Below are positions 58,868-64,000 of a DNA stretch of 64,000 bases, piece after piece; the stretch's first letter is position 1; each line of letters opens with the position of its first letter. The stretch covers positions 15-64,014 of the forward strand of contig CAVAVT010000004.1 of the NCBI GenBank assembly GCA_963592185.1, written 5' to 3'. Position numbers and translations under genes: made by a program. Source of the DNA: a bacterium (GTDB taxonomy: Bacteria; Bacillota; Negativicutes; Selenomonadales; Selenomonadaceae). The notes below the pieces were generated by a model. The model did not search any database, was not told where the DNA came from, and worked only from the letters and a program-made list of their open reading frames with translations.

Positions 58868-59757
58868 CAGGCAGCCCTCCTTCCCTTTACAAATACATTA
58901 AGGAATACGTTAATCATCATTATGAACAAGAACAATACCAGACCTATGGAGAACAATGCCTGCTGCTGGAGAGAACCTGCAGCTGCATATGCCATTTCCG
59001 AAGCAATGGCGGTGGTCATAAATCTTACAGAAGTCAGGAGTCCCGGAAGGTTTGCAACGTTACCGGAAACCATGATTATTGCCATGGCCTCTCCGATTGC
59101 ACGTCCTACGCCAAGAACCACAGCCGCTGCAATACCGCTTTTTGCTGCCGGAACACTTACTCTGAAGAAGGTTTCCATCTCAGTTGCACCCAGAGCCATA
59201 GAAGCCTCCTCATACTCTCTGGGTACCGCCCGAAGTGCGGTCTCAGATACATTGATAATGGACGGGAGAATCATGATGGTCAGCACTACGATTGCTGCCA
59301 GAAGTGTAGCTCCCGAAGATAAATCAAACAATTTCTGAATGCCAGGAACAAGTACTATCATTCCCACCAGGCCGTATACCACAGAGGGTATACCGGCCAG
59401 AAGCTCTACAGCGGTGTGAATAACCTTGGCAAACTTAGGTGGTGCGGCCTTGGCTAAAAAGATTGCTGTAAGAAGCCCGATGGGAACTCCCAGCAGTACG
59501 GCACCTGCGGTGCCGTAAATACTGGTTAATATGAATGGGAGAATCCCGAAGGATGGCTCTGTTGTGGTAGCTGTAGGCTGCCAGGTAGTTCCAAAAAGGA
59601 AGGTACCTATTCCAATTTTCATTATTGCCGGAAGACCTGCAATTACCAGATGAATTGTGATACACAGTACGAAGCCTACCGACACGATGCCGCAGAGCAG
59701 GAATACAGCGTTGATGCTTTTTTCCGTCAGCTCCTGCCATTTTGTTGTGTTTTTCAT
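58867..59757 (-). CDS. pstC: Phosphate ABC transporter permease PstC
   Basis: 6-TM permease with 'YEEASMALGATEMETFFRV'. Confidence 0.9.
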   Translation of the reverse strand: MKNTTKWQELTEKSINAVFLLCGIVSVGFVLCITIHLVIAGLPAIMKIGIGTFLFGTTWQPTATTTEPSFGILPFILTSIYGTAGAVLLGVPIGLLTAIFLAKAAPPKFAKVIHTAVELLAGIPSVVYGLVGMIVLVPGIQKLFDLSSGATLLAAIVVLTIMILPSIINVSETALRAVPREYEEASMALGATEMETFFRVSVPAAKSGIAAAVVLGVGRAIGEAMAIIMVSGNVANLPGLLTSVRFMTTAIASEMAYAAAGSLQQQALFSIGLVLFLFIMMINVFLNVFVKGRRAA

Positions 59758-59772
59758 GGTTCATAAGCTCCT

Positions 59773-60612
59773 TTATTTAGCTGTAGGTACAGCTCCAGCC
59801 TGCAGAATCAGTTCTGCTGCTGCCTTGGATGTCATGTAGTTGAAGAATGTCTTAGCTGCTTCGCTAAGTTCCTTGCCTTCTTTAGTGATGAGATTGAATG
59901 GACGCTGAATTACATAGCTTCCATTTGAAATATTGTCCTCAGTGCATTCCACACCGTTAATCTTCACAACCTTAATGCCCTTCTGATTTTCTACAGATGC
60001 ATAGGATGCGTAGCCGATTGCGCCTTCACTGTTCTTTACAGCTTCGATTACGGCGCCGGTGGAGGTAAGCTCCTGAACAAGCTTGCACTTATCCTTTGTC
60101 TTAGTAATAGTCTCAAAACCATCACGGGTACCAGAACCAGCCTCACGACCAATAGCTGCTACCTGTCCAGCCTTGCCGCCAACCTTGCTCCAGTCGTCAA
60201 TGCTGCCATTAAAGAGTCCAGCAACATCTTCAGTCTTCAAATCATTAATGGGGCTGTTTTCATTGACGATGATTGCAATACCGTCAAGAGCCACAGTAGT
60301 CTCCTTAAGGCCCTTTGCCTTTTCGCTATCCTTCAACGCACGGGAGGAAAGACCAATATCTGTTGAACCTTTGCTTACAGCCTCGATACCAGTACCAGAT
60401 CCTGTTGCATCATAAGTGATTGTTACGCCCCTGTTATCATTCATAAACTGCTCAGACAAGATTCCGATAACCTTCTCCATTGAGGTTGATCCATTTGTGG
60501 AAACCGCTCCGCTCAGACCTGAGTCCTTGCTATCACCGCTTTTGCCGCCACAGCCAGCCAGGGCCAGGCTCATTACCATAATAGACATTGCAATAACTAA
60601 CAGCTTTTTCAT
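59773..60612 (-). CDS. pstS: Phosphate ABC transporter substrate-binding lipoprotein PstS
   Basis: Lipobox 'LALAGC'. 'GSGTG' and 'EAGSGTRD' phosphate-binding motifs. Confidence 0.9.
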   Translation of the reverse strand: MKKLLVIAMSIMVMSLALAGCGGKSGDSKDSGLSGAVSTNGSTSMEKVIGILSEQFMNDNRGVTITYDATGSGTGIEAVSKGSTDIGLSSRALKDSEKAKGLKETTVALDGIAIIVNENSPINDLKTEDVAGLFNGSIDDWSKVGGKAGQVAAIGREAGSGTRDGFETITKTKDKCKLVQELTSTGAVIEAVKNSEGAIGYASYASVENQKGIKVVKINGVECTEDNISNGSYVIQRPFNLITKEGKELSEAAKTFFNYMTSKAAAELILQAGAVPTAK

Positions 60613-60681
60613 TTTGTTTGCACGCTCCTTGTAAATAACACATAAAGCTATTTTTTATTTGTCTCCATCTTACTTAGATAA

Positions 60682-60721
60682 TGTAAAATCCAATATAAGC
60701 GTTTTGTAAAATCTCTGTAAA
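60682..60721 (-). promoter_or_regulatory. Pho-box-like direct repeats upstream of pstS
   Basis: Minus-strand TTTACA at 60721-60716, 60710-60705 and 60687-60682, plus a degenerate CTTATA at 60699-60694. That is four hexamers at 11-12 bp phasing. Confidence 0.5.
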
Positions 60722-60724
60722 ATG

Positions 60725-60766
60725 AAAAAAAGCACACAAAAACAGCCACCCCATAAGGAGTGGCTG
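60725..60766 (-). terminator. Strong Rho-independent terminator of the candidate sRNA
   Basis: Minus strand CAGCCACUCC-UUAU-GGGGUGGCUG (10 bp) followed by UUUUUGUGUGCUUUUUUU. Confidence 0.8.
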
Positions 60767-60920
60767 CTTCTGTAATGCTTTCTTGCACAATCATGGCACG
60801 AAGCGTTATGCCGATTCAACGACATCGTGCCCTAACCCAAATACCCAACCAATACTTAAGCCTAGCACGAACCTACACTTTCCAACCAAGAAGTATCAAC
60901 GCTGCATCCCTGATTGCAGT
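60767..60920 (-). ncRNA. Candidate structured small RNA of unknown family
   Basis: It lies between a consensus promoter and a strong terminator, with no SD-preceded ORF. Several local hairpins and a G/U-rich tract are present. The 5' end is estimated from the -10. Confidence 0.4.
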
Positions 60921-60923
60921 TTA

Positions 60924-60952
60924 AATATAGCACTCTATATGTCTACTGTCAA
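60924..60952 (-). promoter_or_regulatory. Consensus sigma-A promoter of the candidate sRNA
   Basis: Minus strand TTGACA (60952-60947), exactly 17 nt, TATATT (60929-60924). Confidence 0.55.
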
Positions 60953-61145
60953 TAGATTTTGCTAATTATTTTGAATTTTTTAAAAAGAGTAACAACTTTA
61001 CACTTTTTATAATTAACATCCATTCATATGTAATCTTCCAGTGGACAAATAGACTAATTTTTGTTAAACTAAACCATCAATAAGTTATTTAATATATTCG
61101 TAAGAGACATTTTTCTTCTACACACAACATTAGGAGGTTTTTATC

Positions 61146-62012
61146 ATGGCAATCCTTGAATTCTCAGGGAACATGCCCTCCCCCTTCGAGAAAGAGCCGG
61201 AGCTGGCTGGAATATATAGCTGGTGTGACGGAAACTACCATCATCGTGTCATGCATATGCATGAAGATTTTATTGAAATAAAATTTGTCGTTTCTGGAAC
61301 AGGTCCCAATATTGTAGGCAATGAAATATGCTATCCACAGGCCGGTGACATTGTGATTCACGACAGCAAAGTTCTTCATGACGAATCACTGATACTAGGG
61401 AGTAATTGTTCAACTTTCTGCTTGACGGTAAGAGGGCTTAAACTTCCCGGACAGCGTGAAAACTCCCTTCTTCCCGAAGGCTCCCGCCCCATTTTCCCCA
61501 GTGGGGCAATGGCTGAGGATTTTCAGTACTTATATCCAGCTGTACAAAAATATGCCTCCATGGAAGGCGGCCTTCCAATTGCTAATCAACTTGCTAAAAG
61601 TATTGTATACATGGTTTACCTTTTGATTCATCAAAATTATAACAAGATTCAGCAGGAAGACAACCTGATTGTACAACGCATTCTTGAATACATTAACAAC
61701 CATTATTCAGAGGATATTACCCTCTCATCCATTGCGGCAGCTGTTCATGCCAACGCCTACTATATAGCCCATCTTTTCAAGCGTGTCACCAACTACTCCC
61801 CTTTGAATTATGTAATACGCCGCAGAATTGGCGAGGCACAGTCCCTGCTTATTTACACAAAGATGGACATAACAGAAATCGCCGCAGCTGTGGGCTATCC
61901 CGACCCAAACTACTTCAGCAGGGTATTCAAAAAAATTACATCTATGTCCCCTAGACGCTACCGTCAGGAATGGATAAATCAGAGCCATGCCAGCACCACT
62001 CAAAAAAAGTAA
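61146..62012 (+). CDS. AraC-family transcriptional regulator (cupin sensor plus HTH)
   Basis: C-terminal double HTH '...ITLSSIAAAVHANAYYIAHLFKRVTNYSPLNYVIRRRIGEAQSLL...GYPDPNYFSRVFKK'. AGGAGG RBS. Confidence 0.85.
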   Translation: MAILEFSGNMPSPFEKEPELAGIYSWCDGNYHHRVMHMHEDFIEIKFVVSGTGPNIVGNEICYPQAGDIVIHDSKVLHDESLILGSNCSTFCLTVRGLKLPGQRENSLLPEGSRPIFPSGAMAEDFQYLYPAVQKYASMEGGLPIANQLAKSIVYMVYLLIHQNYNKIQQEDNLIVQRILEYINNHYSEDITLSSIAAAVHANAYYIAHLFKRVTNYSPLNYVIRRRIGEAQSLLIYTKMDITEIAAAVGYPDPNYFSRVFKKITSMSPRRYRQEWINQSHASTTQKK

Positions 62013-62039
62013 TGAGCAATTTCGTGCTAATTTTCTAAA

Positions 62040-62089
62040 TAAAAAACCGCTCCATGTGGATATTACGCCATTTGGAGCGGTTCTTTTTT
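62040..62089 (+). terminator. Rho-independent terminator of the AraC gene
   Basis: AACCGCTCCA/TGGAGCGGTT stem followed by CTTTTTT. Confidence 0.8.
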
Positions 62090-62167
62090 GCAATTATCTT
62101 AAGGAAAATATGCTAAAGCTCTTTTATAATATACACAATATATTAGCTGACATAGGAGGAAATAATA

Positions 62168-62848
62168 ATGTCACAAACTTTTGGCAATTCCCTCGTATCT
62201 CAAATCAAAAATACAAACAGATTTGGACGAAGAGTCCTGGCCCTCTGGGGCGGCGTAGGGGTAATGAGTATAGCTATAGGTCTGCTTAGATCCAGCCTCT
62301 TTGGCAATGACCCATATTCCTGCATGACAATAGGTTTTTCCAATGCCACAGGGCTAAGCTTTGGCGTAATGATGACCATAATAAATATTATACTTTTCAT
62401 CCCCATGGTAATCTGGGGACGAAACTATGTCAAAGTTGGAATACTGGTCTATCTGCTCTTTCTTGGTCCCATGTCGGATGTCTGCTACGCTATTGTACAG
62501 TCTGTCATTGGTCCCTCGGATACCTACTCCATGGGAATTAGAGCTGCCCTCTTGGTTTCCGGCGTACTTATCAGCAGCTACGGCACTTCCCTTTATACCT
62601 GCTCCAATGCCGGACTCGGACCCTATGATGCTATTGGATGGATGCTGCAACATGCCAGCGGCGAGAAAATTGCCTTTAGGTGGATTCGTATCGTAATGGA
62701 CTGCATCAGCTCCAGCCTGGGCCTATACTTTGGAAGTATTGTGAGCCTCGGAACCATTACCCTTGCCTTCTTCACCGGACCGTTAGTTTCTTTCTATAAT
62801 AAAATAAATCTTTATATGATATATGGGGATAACCCTCCGGAACTTTAA
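62168..62848 (+). CDS. Membrane protein, YczE/YitT-like (tentative)
   Basis: 226 aa, about 6 TM. 'LFGNDPYSCMTIGFSNATGLSFGVMM' resembles the YczE-type motif. GGAGGA RBS. Confidence 0.55.
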   Translation: MSQTFGNSLVSQIKNTNRFGRRVLALWGGVGVMSIAIGLLRSSLFGNDPYSCMTIGFSNATGLSFGVMMTIINIILFIPMVIWGRNYVKVGILVYLLFLGPMSDVCYAIVQSVIGPSDTYSMGIRAALLVSGVLISSYGTSLYTCSNAGLGPYDAIGWMLQHASGEKIAFRWIRIVMDCISSSLGLYFGSIVSLGTITLAFFTGPLVSFYNKINLYMIYGDNPPEL

Positions 62849-62865
62849 TAGTAATCCAACACAAA

Positions 62866-62903
62866 ATACAAGGGCTTCGACTAGATGTCGCAGCCCTTCT
62901 TTA
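62866..62903. terminator. Hairpin between convergent genes
   Basis: AAGGGCT..CGA / TCG..AGCCCTT. The flanks are only moderately T-rich. Confidence 0.45.
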
Positions 62904-62907
62904 TCAC

Positions 62908-63813
62908 TTATTCACTTTTCAGCTCGTAAACAGCTTCATCCTTCAAGTGTCCTTTTTCCAGAAGTCCCTCATTTGCAAATGCCTGCTGCAGTGCGGTGAA
63001 AAATTCCTTTGCCTTTGAAAACTCTGCCTGATATTTCTCTCCAGCATTTACACTGTAAGAAACCTCAGCCAGTATAGTTCCTCCATGGAATCCTTCCCAA
63101 ACAGTGATTGAAACATCCCCATTATAGTCCTTTGCAAATTCAAGAGTACATGGCTCGATTTTTGTTTCATCGATTATATTTCCGCCAATTGCTACAAGCC
63201 TGGTGTCCGCAGGTATTCCAAGTTCCCCAGCCTTTTGAAAATGCTCTGCCAGATCCTTGATTGTATATGGATCCTTAGGCTCTAGCTTTTTCTTGCTAAC
63301 GCTTACAGAGTAGTATGGCTTTTCCTTTCCAACAACTCCATCAACACCGCCCACCAAATCCATTTCAAGCTTTGCCTTGTCGGAACCTATGGCCTCACTG
63401 GGATTTATAATTGCTCCGCTGTTCATATCCACACGGTATTTCAGCATTATATTTGCCTTGGCTGTACCATTTTTCTTGGTTTTGATACGCTGGCGCAATA
63501 CATAGTTTTTCTTAGTCAGGTCAAGATTTTCTGTATCCATATATTGAACTAAACGATTTGTTTCATCAAATGGATCTGAAGCAAGATTTAACTTGATGCC
63601 CTGATTTGCCGCTGTAGAACTAATGATGTCCAGACACCTGCCGAAGCCAGCCTCCTTGTTGGCAAAAATCTCTGTATTTACCAGCATTTTCATCTCAGCT
63701 GATGTTACTTCCGGAGATGCAGCTTCAGCCCCCACGGACACAGCTGTAATAGCTGCAACAGCCAATGCCGCAGCAGCAAGCTTCAATCGCCCTTTAATAG
63801 AATTTAAAAACAT
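62908..63813 (-). CDS. Secreted protein of unknown function (signal peptide, about 300 aa)
   Basis: 'MFLNSIKGRLKLAAAALAVAAITAVSVGAEA|AS' signal peptide. The ATG at 63813 lies 8-9 nt after GGGAG. The raw ORF starts at a TTG at 63831. Confidence 0.65.
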   Translation of the reverse strand: MFLNSIKGRLKLAAAALAVAAITAVSVGAEAASPEVTSAEMKMLVNTEIFANKEAGFGRCLDIISSTAANQGIKLNLASDPFDETNRLVQYMDTENLDLTKKNYVLRQRIKTKKNGTAKANIMLKYRVDMNSGAIINPSEAIGSDKAKLEMDLVGGVDGVVGKEKPYYSVSVSKKKLEPKDPYTIKDLAEHFQKAGELGIPADTRLVAIGGNIIDETKIEPCTLEFAKDYNGDVSITVWEGFHGGTILAEVSYSVNAGEKYQAEFSKAKEFFTALQQAFANEGLLEKGHLKDEAVYELKSE

Positions 63814-63952
63814 ACAGAATGCTCCCTTCAATAGTGATATTTTCTATTTGTACGTTAAACATATGTCTTTATTTCGCTATTTTTTTCATATTTCCTATGT
63901 AAAGTTATAAAAATTTTAAGATTTAATTATTTTTTTGTAAAAACATTTTCAT

Positions 63953-63996
63953 AAAGAAAAACCAGGCAATAAGACCCTTCAGTCCTTTGCCTGGTT
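63953..63996 (-). terminator. Terminator of a minus-strand gene lying beyond the window end
   Basis: ACCAGGCAA/TTGCCTGGT stem followed by UUUUUCUUU on the minus strand. Confidence 0.5.
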
Positions 63997-64000
63997 TAAA

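Noticed and set aside
60743-60775. 'GAAGCAGCCA' resembles the conserved helix-8 segment of SRP (4.5S/scRNA) RNA.
   Set aside because: The match is only about 10 nt and forms the 5' arm of the terminator hairpin. The rest of the SRP domain IV (the GGAA tetraloop and symmetric loop context) is absent.
60826-60850. A telomere-like CCCTAACCCAAATACCCAACC tract on the plus strand.
   Set aside because: It is a single short tract in a bacterial intergenic region. It is simply the complement of the G/U-rich segment of the candidate sRNA.
60783-60965. A 60-aa plus-strand ORF (TTG start) in the pstS-araC spacer.
   Set aside because: It has no SD, a non-ATG start and P/T/N-rich low-complexity composition. 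The region is better explained by the minus-strand promoter-terminator unit.
1-64000. A search by eye for CRISPR arrays, IS elements or transposase genes, integrases, tRNA/rRNA genes and toxin-antitoxin pairs.
   Set aside because: I found no regularly spaced direct repeats, no terminal inverted repeats flanking an ORF, no recombinase-like ORF and no cloverleaf-like sequence. The window is core housekeeping DNA.

Overview
This window looks like a core chromosomal segment of a low-GC Firmicute. The gene order and the IspH/S1 arrangement point to Clostridia, possibly Lachnospiraceae, but that is inference and no search was run. About 50 of the 57 CDS are on the minus strand, as expected for a leading-strand housekeeping region.

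Three classical Firmicute blocks are present:
- (i) DUF512-der-plsY, together with aroA-cmk-plsC-ispH-rpsA, a flavoprotein, rluB, a DD-carboxypeptidase, dnaE and rnj.
- (ii) ylxM-ffh-rpsP-KH-ylqD-rimM-trmD.
- (iii) polC-rimP-nusA-ylxR-ylxQ-infB-rbfA-nrnA-truB-ribF-rpsO-pnp.

These are followed by a PAP2 phosphatase and a CsoR-type repressor with a P1B ATPase. Next comes a contiguous phosphate island, pstSCAB-phoU / ppx-ppk / phoP-phoR-like. An AraC regulator, a YczE-like membrane protein and a secreted orphan protein close the window. I found no rRNA, tRNA, CRISPR array, IS element or prophage signature.

The most unusual observations are:
1. The PolC at the canonical locus (1251 aa) lacks the whole DnaQ-like proofreading exonuclease insert but keeps all nine PHP metal-ligand residues.
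2. An orphan unit of about 190 nt, running from a consensus promoter to a strong terminator with no ORF, sits just upstream of the Pho-box promoter of pstS. It is a candidate structured sRNA.
3. ispH and rpsA, usually one fused gene in Clostridia, are split at an A4 run.
4. A CsoR (C-H-C) repressor and an ATPase without a metal-binding domain share ATACC..GGTAT palindromic operators.

All calls come from reading the ORF translations and the DNA by eye. No database search was run.
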